From Myxococcales bacterium (GTDB lineage: Bacteria; Desulfobacterota; Binatia; HRBIN30), in the NCBI GenBank assembly GCA_037445065.1, contig JBBILD010000010.1, forward strand, positions 87,080 through 151,079: 64,000 nucleotides of DNA, read 5' to 3'. The translations under genes were made by a program, and so were the position numbers. Shown here piece after piece: positions 9,811 to 22,712 of this stretch. Below the pieces are notes generated by a model. It made no database searches, was not told the origin of the DNA, and worked only from the letters and a program-made list of their open reading frames with translations. Each line of letters begins with the position of its first letter. Position 1 is the stretch's first letter.

Positions 9811-10644
9811 ATGACGACGACGAACCCAACGGCGGCAGCAACGTTTCCCGTGCGCGACCTCAAGTTCCCCTTGGGGGGCGACATCCCCCGTTATTGGCAT
9901 CCGGCCGGCGCGGCGGTCACGCGCTTTTTCGACAACCTCTCCCTGTTTTTCCCTGACGGAGAGCGGTTTTTCGTGGAAGCCGTGAAAGCCTTCCGGCACC
10001 AAGTGCGCGATCCGAAGCTCGCTGAGGATGTGCGTGCCTTTATCGGCCAGGAAGCCATGCACACGCGCGAGCACCTGCGCTACAACCAACGCCTCGCACA
10101 GCAAGGAATTCCAGCCGCTGCGATGGAAGCGAGGGTAGGCCGCTTGCTCGCCCACGTCCGCCGTGCCACCCCTCCGCTCGCGCGCCTTGCGATTACCGCG
10201 GCGCTGGAGCACTTCACCGCCCTCATGGCACAAATGGCCCTCGCCAACGAGGGAGTGTTTGACGGGGCGGATCCGCGCATGGCTGCGCTCTGGCGCTGGC
10301 ATGCCTTGGAGGAAGGCGAGCACAAGCACGTGGCCTTCGGTGTGTACCGCGAGGTGGGTGGGCCCTATTGGCGCCGCGTCTTGACCATGTTCGGGGCGAC
10401 GCTCGTTTTCTGGACCAAAGTGCTGGAGCACCAAATCCGCCTCATGCACGCGGACGGGACGCTCTTTTCTTGGCGCGAGTGGCGCACCCTAATCCGTTTC
10501 TTGTTCGTTTCTCCGGGAGCGTTGCGCGGCCTCTTGCGCCACTACCTGTCGTACTATCGCCCCAACTTCCATCCAAATCAGCTCGCGGACCGGGAACTCC
10601 TCGAACACTGGCGGCTAGCCCTGGGCACCGCCGCGCTCCGCTGA
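9811..10644 (+). CDS. Predicted metal-dependent hydrolase
   Basis: SLFFPDGERFF, FIGQEAMHTREH, LEHFTA, WHALEEGEHKHVAF motifs; divergent from AraC. Confidence 0.85.
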   Translation: MTTTNPTAAATFPVRDLKFPLGGDIPRYWHPAGAAVTRFFDNLSLFFPDGERFFVEAVKAFRHQVRDPKLAEDVRAFIGQEAMHTREHLRYNQRLAQQGIPAAAMEARVGRLLAHVRRATPPLARLAITAALEHFTALMAQMALANEGVFDGADPRMAALWRWHALEEGEHKHVAFGVYREVGGPYWRRVLTMFGATLVFWTKVLEHQIRLMHADGTLFSWREWRTLIRFLFVSPGALRGLLRHYLSYYRPNFHPNQLADRELLEHWRLALGTAALR

Positions 10645-10713
10645 CTGCGCGCCGCCTGTTTGCCGCCCGACTCGGACCGGCGAAAGCGCTTTCTCAGCCT
10701 CCTCTCGCTCCGG

Positions 10714-12210
10714 CTAGCTCGTCTCACCCTCGTCGGCCGGTAAATTCAAGAGTGCCTGCGCCTCGGGCTCCGGCAAGCGTTCTACTGCACGGAGCGTGCG
10801 CTCCATCGCCCGCGTGCGCACGCTGGTTTGCTCGATCGTCCGACTTGCCGTGTCGAGCTGCCGCTTCACCTTGCCGAGCACTTCCCCGAACTTGGCAAAC
10901 TCGGTCTTGACTGCGCCAAGAATGCGCCACACTTCGGCAGCCCGCTGCTCAATGGCGAGTGTCTGGAAACCCATGCGCAGGCTGCTCAAGATGGCCGCAA
11001 GCGTCGTAGGCCCTGCCACCACGACCCGGTAGCGGTGCAAAAGTTCATCCATCAAACCTGGCTGGCGCAACACTTCCGCGTAGAGACCTTCGGTAGCCAG
11101 GAAGATGATCGCAAAGTCCGTGGTTGCCGGCGGGCTCACGTATTTGTCTCGCACTTCGCGTGCTGCCAGGCGCACCGCTTGCGCGAGACTTTCCGCCGCT
11201 TTTTGCAAGGCCTCGCCGTCGCCGCGATCCGCGGCTTCTTGGAGTCGCACGTAGTCTTCCTGCGGAAACTTCGAATCAATCGGCAGCCAGACGACCGCGT
11301 TTGGGTCATCGCGCGAGCCGGGCAGGCGAATCGCGAACTCCACCGTTTCGCCCGATTCGGGTTTCACCCGCACGTTTCGCTCGAACTGGCCAGGGGCGAG
11401 GATTTGCTCGAGGATGGAGCCAAGCTGTACCTCGGCCCAAGTGCCGCGCACCTTCACGTTGGACAGCACGCGTTTGAGGTCCCCGACTCCATTCGCCAGG
11501 CTCTGCATCTCGCCTAGGCCTTTGTGCACCGCCTCCAAGCGATCGCTCACCAGTTTGAAGGACTCACCGAGTCGCTTCTCGAGGGTGTCGTGCAACTTCT
11601 CATCCACGGTGCGCCGCATCTCTTCCAGTTTTTTCTCGTTCCCCTCCTGTAACTCCTTGAGGCGCAAATCGAAGGTATCGCGCATGTTCTTCATGGCGAG
11701 TTGGTTCGACTCGAGCAGTTCCTTCATCTGGCGGTGTACCGTATCGTGCAGCGCCTGTTGCGATCGCATCATGGCTTCGAGGGTCTTCCCCAAGGTGTCG
11801 TTGGTTCTCTGCAGCCCGCTAGCAAGCTCGAGCCGTACCTCGCCGAGTTTTTTTTCGTTCCCCTCCTGTAGCTCCTTGAGCCGCAAGTCGAGAGCATCGC
11901 GCACTTGCTGCAACGCACCTTGGTTTGCTGAACTCAAATCCGCCAACTGCTTACGGACCTCATCGAGTCTTGCCTGCTGCGCCTGCGTCAACGCCTCCAG
12001 CGTCTTGCGCATCGCCTCGCCAACGCGGTCGAACCCCTGCGCCACCTCGTCGCGTAGGTCCTTGGCCGCTGCCCGCGCCTCCTCGCGATTGACCCGAAAC
12101 TCCTCGCGCAGTACTCGCTCCGCTTCGAGCGGTTTCGCGCTCGAGCGCCACAGCGCCAGCAAACTCGCCACAGCGGCCACCGTGGCGACCGCCAGAATCA
12201 GCCACAACAT
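10714..12210 (-). CDS. rmuC: DNA recombination protein RmuC
   Basis: N-terminal TM plus coiled coil, NVKVRGTWAEVQL, LPIDSKFP, TTDFAI, GPTTLAA. Confidence 0.9.
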   Translation of the reverse strand: MLWLILAVATVAAVASLLALWRSSAKPLEAERVLREEFRVNREEARAAAKDLRDEVAQGFDRVGEAMRKTLEALTQAQQARLDEVRKQLADLSSANQGALQQVRDALDLRLKELQEGNEKKLGEVRLELASGLQRTNDTLGKTLEAMMRSQQALHDTVHRQMKELLESNQLAMKNMRDTFDLRLKELQEGNEKKLEEMRRTVDEKLHDTLEKRLGESFKLVSDRLEAVHKGLGEMQSLANGVGDLKRVLSNVKVRGTWAEVQLGSILEQILAPGQFERNVRVKPESGETVEFAIRLPGSRDDPNAVVWLPIDSKFPQEDYVRLQEAADRGDGEALQKAAESLAQAVRLAAREVRDKYVSPPATTDFAIIFLATEGLYAEVLRQPGLMDELLHRYRVVVAGPTTLAAILSSLRMGFQTLAIEQRAAEVWRILGAVKTEFAKFGEVLGKVKRQLDTASRTIEQTSVRTRAMERTLRAVERLPEPEAQALLNLPADEGETS

Positions 12211-12359
12211 GCGCTCCTCCTATGCCAAATCCTTCTTGCTCTTTTGACCGACGGAATACCTCTCGTCAAAAGGCCCGGGCAGCGGGCCGCGGCACCCTCC
12301 GCTCCGACCGCCAAATCACTGCCAACGAGCACGACCAGCGCACTCAGCAGCGAGCAATA

Positions 12360-12388
12360 TTGACATCCAGGGCCCGGCTCGGTACAGG
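12360..12388 (+). promoter_or_regulatory. Probable sigma70 promoter of pyr operon
   Basis: TTGACA at 12360-12365, 17-bp spacer, weak -10 TACAGG, directly before the PyrR leader. Confidence 0.5.
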
Positions 12389-12396
12389 AGACGCCG

Positions 12397-13062
<666 letters not shown>

Positions 13063-13063
13063 A

Positions 13064-14050
13064 ATGGCGTTCGCACAACGGCATTTGCTCGGTCTCGAAG
13101 GGATGAGTCGTGAGGAGCTACTCTATTTTCTGGACACGGCTACCTCATTTCAGGAAATCTCGTCTCGCGACATCAAGAAGGTACCGGCCCTGCGCGGCAA
13201 AACCGTGGTTGGAATGTTCTTCGAACCAAGCACGCGTACGCGGGTATCCTTCGAGATCGCCGCCAAGCGCATGAGCGCAGACTTTGTGTCTCTGTCGGGC
13301 GCCTCGAGCAGTACGGCCAAAGGGGAAACGTTGCTGGATACGGCCCGCAATCTAGCGGCCATGCAGCCGGACGTGCTCGTGGTGCGCCACCCAGCAGCAG
13401 GAGCGGCCCACTTTTTGGCGCAGCGCGTCGGCTGCAGCGTCGTGAACGCCGGGGATGGCTGTCACGAACACCCAACCCAAGCACTGCTCGACTTGCTGAC
13501 CATCCGCGAGCACAAGCAGCGCATCGAGGGTCTGACCGTGGTCATCGTTGGAGACATCTTGCATAGCCGCGTCGCGCGCTCGAACTTGCACGGGCTGCGG
13601 ACCCTGGGTGCACGCGTGCGCTTGGCCGGGCCACGAACGTTGCTGCCCCGCGAGTTTGCACTGTGGGCTGACACGACCACCGACCTGTTCGAAGCGGTCA
13701 GCGACGCCGACGTGGTGCTCGTGTTGCGCTTGCAACGCGAGCGGCAGGCCCGCAACTACCTGCCCTCGCTAGACGAGTACGCTCGTCACTTTTGTCTCAC
13801 GGAGGCGCACCTGGAACGAGCCAAGGCGGATGTTCTGGTTTTGCATCCGGGGCCTCTGAACCGCGGCGTGGAAATCAGCAGCTCGGTGGCAGATGGGCCG
13901 CACTCGGTGATCCTCGACCAGGTCCGCAACGGGGTGGCCGTCCGCATGGCCGTTCTCTACCTCCTTGCCGGGGCAGCACAGCGCGACACGGCTGAAAACA
14001 CCCGCCCGGCAGCCGCGCTGCACGTGGCACAACGGAGGAGCGTGCTGTGA
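13064..14050 (+). CDS. pyrB: Aspartate carbamoyltransferase catalytic subunit
   Basis: [34 protein letters not shown]. Confidence 0.97.
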   Translation: MAFAQRHLLGLEGMSREELLYFLDTATSFQEISSRDIKKVPALRGKTVVGMFFEPSTRTRVSFEIAAKRMSADFVSLSGASSSTAKGETLLDTARNLAAMQPDVLVVRHPAAGAAHFLAQRVGCSVVNAGDGCHEHPTQALLDLLTIREHKQRIEGLTVVIVGDILHSRVARSNLHGLRTLGARVRLAGPRTLLPREFALWADTTTDLFEAVSDADVVLVLRLQRERQARNYLPSLDEYARHFCLTEAHLERAKADVLVLHPGPLNRGVEISSSVADGPHSVILDQVRNGVAVRMAVLYLLAGAAQRDTAENTRPAAALHVAQRRSVL

Positions 14051-15345
14051 ATCTCTGGATCTTGCACGGGCGGGTGATTGACCCTTCCCTACCACTCGAC
14101 GACCAGCGCGACGTGTACATCCACGAAGGCCGGGTCGCGGGCCTGTACCCACCCGGCAAGGGCCGGCCCCGCAAGGGTGAGCGCGTCATCGAAGCCCGCG
14201 GCCAGTGGGTCGTGCCCGGCTTGATCGACATGCACGTTCACCTGCGCGAGCCTGGGTACGAGTATAAGGAAACCATCGAAACCGGTTGCCGCGCTGCGGT
14301 GGCGGGTGGCTTCACCGCTGTTGCCTGCATGGCGAACACCAACCCGCCCAATGACTCTGCCGCGGTGACCGAGTTCATCCTCGAGCGAGCACGCGCCGTG
14401 GCACTGGCCCGGGTTTACCCCATCGGGGCGGTCAGCAAGGGGCTTGCCGGACAAGAACTTGCTGAAATCGGGGAAATGCACCGCGCCGGGATCGTCGCAG
14501 TGTCGGACGACGGAATGCCGATTGTGGACGGTGCGCTCATGCGGCGGGCCCTCGAGTACGCCAGCATGTTCGGCTTGCCGGTGATCGCCCACGAAGAAGA
14601 TCCCTCGCTGGCACAAGACGGCGTAATGAACGAAGGGGCGTGGTCGCTGCGCCTCGGTCTGCGCGGGATGCCGCGCGCGGCGGAGGAGGCAATGGTGGCG
14701 CGAGACCTGGCGATTCTCGAGCAAACCGGTGGGCACTTGCACATTGCCCACATCAGTACCGCGGGCAGCGTGGAACTCGTGCGACGTGCCAAGGCCCGAG
14801 GTCTCGCGATCACCGCGGAAGCTGCTCCCCACCACTTCACCTTCACCGAGGAGTTGGTGGACGGGTACAACACCAACGCCAAGATGAAGCCGCCCTTGCG
14901 CACCGCCGAAGACGTACGCGCCGTGCGCGAGGGGCTTCTGGACGGCACGATTGATTGCATTGCTACGGACCACGCTCCTCATCACCGCGACGAAAAAGAG
15001 TGCGAGTTCGAGCGCGCGGCTAACGGGATCATCGGGCTCGAGACCGCCCTACCTCTGGCGCTGGACCTGCTGCGAACCGCGGCTTGGTCGCCGCTCAAGC
15101 TCATCGCAGCGATGAGCACCAACCCAGCCCACATCCTGCGTCTTCCCGGAGGAACGTTGGCTCCCGGCAGTCTCGCCGATGTAACCGTGATCGACCCAGA
15201 GAGGCCATGGAAACTCGAGGTCTCCGAGCTTCGCTCCAAATCGCACAATACGCCTCTGCTCGGGGCAACGTTACGCGGGCGTGCCACGGCCACCATCGTC
15301 GCGGGCAAGGTTGTGTGGGAACTCGGAACAGGAGGTAATCCATGA
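14047..15345 (+). CDS. pyrC: Dihydroorotase
   Basis: [25 protein letters not shown]. Confidence 0.96.
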   Translation: MNLWILHGRVIDPSLPLDDQRDVYIHEGRVAGLYPPGKGRPRKGERVIEARGQWVVPGLIDMHVHLREPGYEYKETIETGCRAAVAGGFTAVACMANTNPPNDSAAVTEFILERARAVALARVYPIGAVSKGLAGQELAEIGEMHRAGIVAVSDDGMPIVDGALMRRALEYASMFGLPVIAHEEDPSLAQDGVMNEGAWSLRLGLRGMPRAAEEAMVARDLAILEQTGGHLHIAHISTAGSVELVRRAKARGLAITAEAAPHHFTFTEELVDGYNTNAKMKPPLRTAEDVRAVREGLLDGTIDCIATDHAPHHRDEKECEFERAANGIIGLETALPLALDLLRTAAWSPLKLIAAMSTNPAHILRLPGGTLAPGSLADVTVIDPERPWKLEVSELRSKSHNTPLLGATLRGRATATIVAGKVVWELGTGGNP

Positions 15346-16463
15346 AAGCAGTGCTCGCGCTTGCCGACGGCACCGTGTTCGAAGGGGAAAGTTTTGGCGC
15401 TCCGGGAGAAGCGGCCGGAGAAATCGTGTTCAACACGTCCATGACCGGCTACCAGGAGATCCTGACCGATCCCTCCTACTGCGGCCAGCTTGTGTGCATG
15501 ACGTACACTGAGATCGGCAACGTCGGTGTGAACGACGAGGACGTCGAATCGCGCCGCCCGTGGGTGGAAGGTTTTATTGTACGCGAGTACTGGGAACTGC
15601 CCAGCAACTGGCGGGCGCAAACCACACTCGGTGATTACCTGCGCCGCCACGGAATCCCTGGCATTCACGGAATCGACACCCGCGCGCTGGTGCGCCACAT
15701 CCGCGACAAGGGCGCACAAAACGCGGTCCTATCCACAGTGGAGCTGGATCACCGCCGGCTGATCGAGAAAGCGCGGGCCGTTCCGCCCATGGTCGGACTC
15801 GACCTCGTGCAACGAGTGACCTGCGCGCGAGCCTACGACTGGACCGAGACCACCTGGGCACTGGGAGCGGGATACCGTGCGCAAACCCGCCCGGACGGAC
15901 CGTTCGTGATCGCCTACGATTTTGGAATCAAGCGAAACATCCTGCGCAATTTGGTCGCGGCCGGCTGCCGGGTGCGGGTGGTGCCTGCCACCACCCCGGC
16001 CGAACAGGTGCTAGCGCTCAAGCCGGATGGGGTGTTTTTGTCCAATGGGCCGGGCGACCCAGACGTCGGCACCTACGCCGACATCGTCCGCAATTTGATC
16101 GGGAAGGTGCCGATTTTCGGTATTTGCCTCGGCCACCAAATCCTGGCTCTGGCTTTGGGAGGGCGGACCTACAAACTGAAATTCGGGCACCACGGCGGCA
16201 ACCAGCCGGTCAAGGACCTCACCACCGGCAAGGTGGAGATCACAGCACAAAACCACGGCTTCGCGGTTGACGTGGATTCCTTGCGCGGGGTCGCAGAGCT
16301 GACACACGTGAACCTGAACGACCACACCGTGGAAGGGCTGGCGCACGCGCGGTTGCCAATTTTTTCGGTGCAGTACCACCCGGAAGCCTCCCCTGGCCCG
16401 CATGACGCCACGTATTTGTTCCAGCGCTTCGTGGACTACATGCGGCCGCGAGCGCAGGTTTGA
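15342..16463 (+). CDS. carA: Carbamoyl-phosphate synthase small subunit
   Basis: [41 protein letters not shown]. Confidence 0.97.
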   Translation: MKAVLALADGTVFEGESFGAPGEAAGEIVFNTSMTGYQEILTDPSYCGQLVCMTYTEIGNVGVNDEDVESRRPWVEGFIVREYWELPSNWRAQTTLGDYLRRHGIPGIHGIDTRALVRHIRDKGAQNAVLSTVELDHRRLIEKARAVPPMVGLDLVQRVTCARAYDWTETTWALGAGYRAQTRPDGPFVIAYDFGIKRNILRNLVAAGCRVRVVPATTPAEQVLALKPDGVFLSNGPGDPDVGTYADIVRNLIGKVPIFGICLGHQILALALGGRTYKLKFGHHGGNQPVKDLTTGKVEITAQNHGFAVDVDSLRGVAELTHVNLNDHTVEGLAHARLPIFSVQYHPEASPGPHDATYLFQRFVDYMRPRAQV

Positions 16464-16475
16464 GGAGCGAACCCC

Positions 16476-19400
16476 ATGCCGCGAAGGAACGACATCCACA
16501 AAATCCTGCTCATCGGCTCGGGACCCATCGTCATCGGTCAAGCCTGCGAGTTCGACTACTCGGGAACACAGGCGTGCAAGGCCCTGAAGAGCGACGGCTT
16601 CGAAGTGGTCTTGGTGAACTCGAATCCAGCCACGATCATGACTGACCCGGGCTTTGCCGACCGCACCTACATCGAACCCCTGACTGCTGAGATGGTGGAG
16701 AAAATCATTGCCGCCGAGCGACCGGATGCGTTGCTTCCGACGGTGGGCGGTCAGACCGGCCTCAATGTCTCCATCGAACTCGCCGAGAGCGGCGTGCTCG
16801 ACCGCTATGGGGTCGAACTCATCGGCGCCAAGCTGCCGGCCATCAAAAAGGCGGAAGATCGTGACCGCTTCAAGGAAGCGATGTTGCGCATTGGCCTCGA
16901 CCTGCCGCGCTCCGGCTACGCTCGCTCGTACGAAGAAGCGGAACGGATCCGGGACGAAATCGGCCTGCCGCTCATCATTCGCCCGTCGCGCACCCTGGGC
17001 GGCACTGGCGGAAGCCTGGTCGAGACCGCCGAGGAATTCCGCGAGCACGTACGTGCTGGGTTGGCTACCTCGCCGATCTCGGAGGTGCTGATCGAAGAAT
17101 CCATCGCGGGGTGGAAGGAATTTGAGCTCGAGGTCGTGCGCGACAGCAAAGACAACGTGATCATCATTTGCTCGATCGAAAACTTCGATCCCATGGGCGT
17201 GCATACCGGAGACAGCATCACCGTAGCCCCTGCGCAGACGCTTACCGACAAAGAGTACCAGATCATGCGCGACGCGGCGATTCGCATCATCCGCGAGATC
17301 GGCGTGGACACGGGAGGCTCCAACATCCAGTTCGCCGTGGACCCGCGCAACGGGCGCATGGTGGTGATCGAAATGAACCCGCGGGTCTCGCGCAGCTCTG
17401 CGCTAGCCAGCAAAGCCACCGGGTTTCCGATCGCCAAGATCGCCGCCAAACTGGCCGTGGGCTACACGCTCGACGAGCTGCGCAACGAAATTACGCGCGA
17501 CACTCCGGCAAGTTTCGAGCCGACTATTGACTACGTGGTCACTAAGGTGCCGCGCTTTACCTTCGAGAAGTTCCCCGCCGCCAAGGACGAACTGGGACCC
17601 CAAATGAAGTCGGTGGGCGAAGTCATGGCCATCGGCCGCACGTTCAAGGAGTCGCTGCAAAAGGCAATCCGATCTTTGGAGATCGACTCCTTTGGCTTCG
17701 ACCAGCGCGGGCGCGGCCCTGCACCCGCTACCCGTGCGGAGCTGGAAGCCAAGCTCCGGCGGCCGAATGCCCGTCGCCTGTGGTATTTGGCAGAGGCGTA
17801 CCGCGCGGGCATGAGCACGGAAGAGATCTACGAGCTGTCGAAGATCGATCCTTGGTTTCTCGAAAACGTACGCCAAATCATTGCCGAGGAAGTACGGCTG
17901 CGGGCACTGGGCGGAGCCGAACGGGTCCCTGCGGAGCAGTTGCGGCGGGCCAAGCAGTGGGGCTTCTCCGATGCGCATCTAGCGCGGCTGTTCCACACTC
18001 GCGAGGAAACGATTCGCGAGCGGCGCGCGCGTTTCGGGATTCGTCCGGTGTACAAGATGGTTGACACCTGCGGCGCCGAGTTTCCGGCTTACACGCCGTA
18101 CCTGTACTCCACCTACGAGGGGGAGAGCGAAGCGCCGCCCAGCACGCGGCCCAAGATTGTCATTCTGGGCGGTGGCCCCAACCGCATCGGGCAGGGGATC
18201 GAATTCGACTACTGCTGCGTGCACGCCGCCTTTGCCCTCAAGGAAGACGGGTTCGAAACCATCATGGTCAACTGTAACCCGGAAACGGTGAGCACCGATT
18301 ACGACACTTCGGACAAGCTCTACTTTGAACCACTCACCATTGAGGACGTGCTTGCCATTGTCGAGCGAGAGCAGCCGTTTGGCATCATCGTGCAGTTCGG
18401 CGGGCAAACACCACTCAAACTAGCGGTGCCGCTCGAGCAAGCGGGGGCACCGATCTTGGGCACGCCGCCCGATGCCATTGACCGTGCCGAAGACCGCCAG
18501 CGCTTCGCAGCCATGTTGCAGAAACTCGGCTTGCGCCAACCTCCCAACGGCACCGCACTCAGTGTCGAGGAGGCCCTGCGCATCGCGCACGAGGTGGGCT
18601 ACCCGGTGCTCGTGCGGCCATCGTACGTGCTCGGCGGCCGTGCCATGGAAATCGTCTACGACGACGAGAGTTTGCAACGCTACATGGAGCGCGCGCTCGA
18701 CGCCGCCCCAGGCCGAACCATTTTGGTGGACAAGTTTCTCGACGATGCCATCGAACTCGATGTGGACGCTGTGGCGGATGGCCGGCAGGTGGTGATCGGC
18801 GGAATCATGGAGCACATCGAGCGGGCGGGCGTGCACTCGGGGGACAGCGCATGCGTGCTGCCGACGATCTCCATCCCACCGCATGTGCTGGAGGAAATCC
18901 GCCGGCAGACGGTGGCGCTAGCACTCGAGCTCGGCGTGGTGGGACTGATGAACGTGCAGTTCGCGGTCAAAGATGGCGAAGTGTTCATTCTCGAGGTCAA
19001 CCCACGCGCTTCGCGCACGGTGCCGTTCGTGAGCAAAGCCACGGGGGTGCCGCTCGCCAAAATCGCTGCTCGGGTCATGGCCGGTAAAACCCTGGAGGAG
19101 TTGGGATTCGTGCACGAGGTCGTGCCACCACACATCTCGGTCAAGGAAGCCGTGTTTCCCTTTTCCAAGTTCCCGGGTGTGGACACATTGCTGGGTCCCG
19201 AGATGAAGTCCACCGGCGAAGTCATGGGGATTGATGCTTCTTTCGGCGCCGCATTTGCGAAAGCCCAGATCGCTGCCGGCAATCCCTTGCCGCTCGAGGG
19301 TACCGTCTTCATCAGCGTGCGTGACGACGACAAGCCGCGCGCGTTGGCGATTGGCCGGCGCCTGCACCGTCTGGGCTTCCGGCTGCTGGCGACACAAGGA

Positions 19401-19724
19401 ACCGCGCGTTACTTCCGCGTGCACGGTCTCGAGGCCGAGACCATCAACAAAGTTGCGGAAGGGAGCCCGCATTGCGTGGATGCGATCCGCGCCGGTCAGG
19501 TCGCGATGGTAATCAACACCCCGCAAGGCTTCGGCCCCCAACTCGATTCCTTCTCGATCCGCCGCTCCGCCCTGGAGTGCCGGGTGGCGTACTTTACCAC
19601 CATTGCCGGTGCCGAAGCGGCGGTGGAAGCCGTGGAGATTTTACGCCGCCAGGCACTGGGGGTCTGCCCCTTACAGGACCACTACACGCAAGCTGCGGAG
19701 ATTTCCGCTCGCGCCGCAGGCTAG
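16476..19724 (+). CDS. carB: Carbamoyl-phosphate synthase large subunit
   Basis: [17 protein letters not shown], duplicated ATP-grasp domains, C-terminal MGS domain. Confidence 0.98.
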   Translation: MPRRNDIHKILLIGSGPIVIGQACEFDYSGTQACKALKSDGFEVVLVNSNPATIMTDPGFADRTYIEPLTAEMVEKIIAAERPDALLPTVGGQTGLNVSIELAESGVLDRYGVELIGAKLPAIKKAEDRDRFKEAMLRIGLDLPRSGYARSYEEAERIRDEIGLPLIIRPSRTLGGTGGSLVETAEEFREHVRAGLATSPISEVLIEESIAGWKEFELEVVRDSKDNVIIICSIENFDPMGVHTGDSITVAPAQTLTDKEYQIMRDAAIRIIREIGVDTGGSNIQFAVDPRNGRMVVIEMNPRVSRSSALASKATGFPIAKIAAKLAVGYTLDELRNEITRDTPASFEPTIDYVVTKVPRFTFEKFPAAKDELGPQMKSVGEVMAIGRTFKESLQKAIRSLEIDSFGFDQRGRGPAPATRAELEAKLRRPNARRLWYLAEAYRAGMSTEEIYELSKIDPWFLENVRQIIAEEVRLRALGGAERVPAEQLRRAKQWGFSDAHLARLFHTREETIRERRARFGIRPVYKMVDTCGAEFPAYTPYLYSTYEGESEAPPSTRPKIVILGGGPNRIGQGIEFDYCCVHAAFALKEDGFETIMVNCNPETVSTDYDTSDKLYFEPLTIEDVLAIVEREQPFGIIVQFGGQTPLKLAVPLEQAGAPILGTPPDAIDRAEDRQRFAAMLQKLGLRQPPNGTALSVEEALRIAHEVGYPVLVRPSYVLGGRAMEIVYDDESLQRYMERALDAAPGRTILVDKFLDDAIELDVDAVADGRQVVIGGIMEHIERAGVHSGDSACVLPTISIPPHVLEEIRRQTVALALELGVVGLMNVQFAVKDGEVFILEVNPRASRTVPFVSKATGVPLAKIAARVMAGKTLEELGFVHEVVPPHISVKEAVFPFSKFPGVDTLLGPEMKSTGEVMGIDASFGAAFAKAQIAAGNPLPLEGTVFISVRDDDKPRALAIGRRLHRLGFRLLATQGTARYFRVHGLEAETINKVAEGSPHCVDAIRAGQVAMVINTPQGFGPQLDSFSIRRSALECRVAYFTTIAGAEAAVEAVEILRRQALGVCPLQDHYTQAAEISARAAG

Positions 19725-19838
19725 AAGCCGCGCCAGCCCGCTCCGCGCAATCTTTCGAGGCAGGCCTTCCCCGTCACACGGCGGCTCTCTGGCTCGCTCC
19801 GCCCGCTCCCGGCACCCCACCGTTGCGGCACAGGGTAA

Positions 19839-20720
19839 TCAACGGCGCGGCGCACGCGGTGGCAGCGGTGCACGCGGTGGGCGCGGCCGTGCCGGGCGAT
19901 GCACGCACACTCCTGGAGCCGTGCCAAAGCCCTCGCCCGAGTGCGAGGAGCAAACGCAATCGGGGCAAAAGCGGGCACCCGAGAACTGCCCGAGGCAGAC
20001 CTCGCGCGCGATGTGGTTGCCACAAAACTCAGGAGGACGCACCCCGCTCGTCACAGGGACCTCACAGCAACCGGCGGCCGGAGTTGCCGTTGGCGTAGCC
20101 GTCGGCCGCGGTGGACTCTGCCTCGGCCGCATGGTAGGCGTTCGCGTCGGTGGCACCGTTCGTGTCGGCGTTGGGCTTACGCACCCCCCAGGCTGCAGGG
20201 AGAAACCAGATTCCTCATGCGAGGTGCAACCGCAGTTCTCGCAAAAGGAAGCACGAAAACCAAACACAGCTAGGCACTGGTCGCGCGGTACTTGGTTGCC
20301 GCAAATCGGAAACGGGATCGCTCGGCTGGCGGCGACCTCGCAGCAACCGGCGACCACCGGCGTCGGTGTTTGGCTCGGGATGCTGCTTGGAGTGGGAGTC
20401 GCGGTTGCCGTGCTCGTCGGCACGGCTGGGGCGCCCACTGCAAGCACGCAACGCTGCCTGCGTGTATCGCACCGCTGACCGCGGAAGAACGTCGCCACGG
20501 GGCGCAGGGAGTCGCACTGGGAACGCGTTAGTTGCGCGCAGCGACGAGCAGGCACGCTACCAGGAACGCTAAACGCGCAGCAACCGAGTTCTCCTGTCGC
20601 TTGCGCTAGAGCTGCAGTGACACAGCCAAGTACAGCCACCAGCACCACAGTGCTGCACAAGAGCAGTCGCCTTGCCACTTCCCTGCCTCGACCCGGAGGC
20701 CGGATCCGACCCTGTGTCAT
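19839..20720 (-). CDS. Secreted Cys-rich repeat protein with Pro/Thr linkers
   Basis: Signal-like hydrophobic stretch ending ALA; repeated GCCEV...CGN...C...FCxxCxCxSH...PGxCV modules separated by PT linkers; start uncertain. Confidence 0.7.
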   Translation of the reverse strand: MTQGRIRPPGRGREVARRLLLCSTVVLVAVLGCVTAALAQATGELGCCAFSVPGSVPARRCAQLTRSQCDSLRPVATFFRGQRCDTRRQRCVLAVGAPAVPTSTATATPTPSSIPSQTPTPVVAGCCEVAASRAIPFPICGNQVPRDQCLAVFGFRASFCENCGCTSHEESGFSLQPGGCVSPTPTRTVPPTRTPTMRPRQSPPRPTATPTATPAAGCCEVPVTSGVRPPEFCGNHIAREVCLGQFSGARFCPDCVCSSHSGEGFGTAPGVCVHRPARPRPPRAPLPPRAPRR

Positions 20721-20798
20721 GCGAGCCCTGGCTACAGCGAGGCCGGGACATGAGTCAAGAAGCAAAGTCGTGCGATCCCTTCGGGTCCGGCTTCGAAG

Positions 20799-22712
20799 TC
20801 AGTCCTTATCGCGAAATCTACGATCCGTATTCACCTGCGCCGGGGCAGTAAACTCCGCACTCCAACACGCCCCTGTGTCACTCACCACCTGTGCGACAAC
20901 ACGCGTGTTTTGCTGCAGTGGGAGCGCCGGCACCCTCGCCAAGCTACCTTTCGCCAGGGCAACGATGCGCGCCTTACCACTCGCGCCAGCCACTAAGTCG
21001 AGGCGGAGCAGTCCGTCCGGAGTCAAATCTCGGTCGCGATAAAGCCATTTCGTCCGTGATCGGTTTTGTCTCCAGCATGGACGGTTCCTGCAGATTCCAC
21101 CGGGCGGAGCCGTGGCGCTCGCCACCAAGTTGAAGCCTGCGGACTGCTCGTCGTAAACGCACAGGGCAAAGGCGCGACTCGCCGGGTCGCCAAATTCGCT
21201 GAAATCTGTGGCTTCTCCCGGAAACCAACGAAACGCGATGCGGTCCCTCTGAATCCCAACCGCGCTTTTCGACAACACGAGCGTCGGGGTTCCCTTACCA
21301 ACTGTGACCGACTTGCATCCGGAACGCGGGGTGGCGGAGCAAAGGACTTTGTCCTCGAATACAAGGGCGCGGCCAACCAACGGTAACCCAGCCGCTTCGC
21401 GCCCTGGCGCTCCGCCTACGACTGCGCTCCCGGTCACTGCCACTGGGGCACCAAATCGCTCCCCACCGGCCGGATCCGAAGGCGTGATCTTTGCCACCTC
21501 GTGTAGGACACCGAACCAACCACTGGTGGGGCGTTCGAAGACAGCGATCGCCCCAAAGCAGCAGGTGGAGGGGTCGCCGAACCCTGGGATCCCGAGCAGC
21601 ACTCGATTTCCCCAAAACGCCACGGCGGTCCCCGCCAAGTCGAGGTCGCGCCCATCCCAGACCTTCAAAAAAGCGGTCTCGGTCAGCTCCCCAGACCAAC
21701 CACCAACCGGCCGTTCGAACACAAACGCACCGCCCACCATGCCGCGGGTAGGACGACTGCTGTAGTCGTGCCGTTGCGGTGCGCCCACCAGGACCGTGTT
21801 GCCTTCGATCGCGACCGAAGCACCGAACCCTTCAAAGGCATGTCGTTCAAAAGGCCGTAGCCGCGCGACCTCGGTGCCATTGCTCCAACCCGAATCAGGT
21901 TTCTCGAAAACGTACACCAGTCCCTCTGAGGCAACATATCTCAACGGTGCTCCAACCACGAGCGTCCCTGCCGAGATTGCCAGTGCTTTTCCGAACTGAG
22001 CGTTTTTGTATGGGTCGGATGCCACCAGCTTCGCCGCCGGGAGCGACGACGTCGTCCAGGCAGAACCGGAACGCACAAAAACATAGACCGCCCCATAGTC
22101 TTTGTCCGCTTCTGGCTCGCCGTGATCTTGCAGAGGGGCAGCCACCACGATCGCCTCACCCGAAATCGCCACAGCGTGTCCGAATAAGTCGCCCCGCGGA
22201 GGCTCCGGCGAGGTGAGGCGCGCCGTCTCTGTCATGTCCTGCCATCCTCCAGGCGGCTTTTGATAGACGAACACCGCACCATTCGACCTGCTGCTCGGGT
22301 CGCTACTAGGCGTCCAGCCGGGCGCACCAACCACGATCGTATCGCCCTCCATGGCAACCGAGCTGCCAAAGAAGGCGGGCCCACTCCCTGGGTCGGACGG
22401 GGAAAGCCTAGCGACCAAATCCACTGTGCCCCACCCACTCCCGGAGCGCTGGTAGACCAGCACCAGCCCCCGCCCGTTCTGACGTAACGGTGCGCCGACG
22501 ACCACGGTGTCTCCCTCCGCGGCCAGGGCTGACCCGAACTGTCCGGTGCTCACAGGTTGCGCCGGGTTCAACACCGCACTTTCCAAGAGGATACTCTCGC
22601 CAACTCGCGGCAAGAAACCCATCGTCACCGCTACCGACAAAAGGCCGCTCGCAAATGTTCCGCCCCTAGAGCGAACTCGCCTCAATGCTCGCCAAAGAAC
22701 TCGCGTCAGCAT
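20799..22712 (-). CDS. FG-GAP repeat (integrin-alpha-like beta-propeller) secreted protein
   Basis: About seven FGxxVA...VVGAP...GxVxVF repeats plus Cys-containing C-terminal domain; GGAGG RBS. Confidence 0.85.
   Translation of the reverse strand: MLTRVLWRALRRVRSRGGTFASGLLSVAVTMGFLPRVGESILLESAVLNPAQPVSTGQFGSALAAEGDTVVVGAPLRQNGRGLVLVYQRSGSGWGTVDLVARLSPSDPGSGPAFFGSSVAMEGDTIVVGAPGWTPSSDPSSRSNGAVFVYQKPPGGWQDMTETARLTSPEPPRGDLFGHAVAISGEAIVVAAPLQDHGEPEADKDYGAVYVFVRSGSAWTTSSLPAAKLVASDPYKNAQFGKALAISAGTLVVGAPLRYVASEGLVYVFEKPDSGWSNGTEVARLRPFERHAFEGFGASVAIEGNTVLVGAPQRHDYSSRPTRGMVGGAFVFERPVGGWSGELTETAFLKVWDGRDLDLAGTAVAFWGNRVLLGIPGFGDPSTCCFGAIAVFERPTSGWFGVLHEVAKITPSDPAGGERFGAPVAVTGSAVVGGAPGREAAGLPLVGRALVFEDKVLCSATPRSGCKSVTVGKGTPTLVLSKSAVGIQRDRIAFRWFPGEATDFSEFGDPASRAFALCVYDEQSAGFNLVASATAPPGGICRNRPCWRQNRSRTKWLYRDRDLTPDGLLRLDLVAGASGKARIVALAKGSLARVPALPLQQNTRVVAQVVSDTGACWSAEFTAPAQVNTDRRFRDKD

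Noticed and set aside
9760..10449. Long N-terminal extension of the AraC ORF (609 aa)
   Set aside because: Antisense shadow of the hydrolase gene
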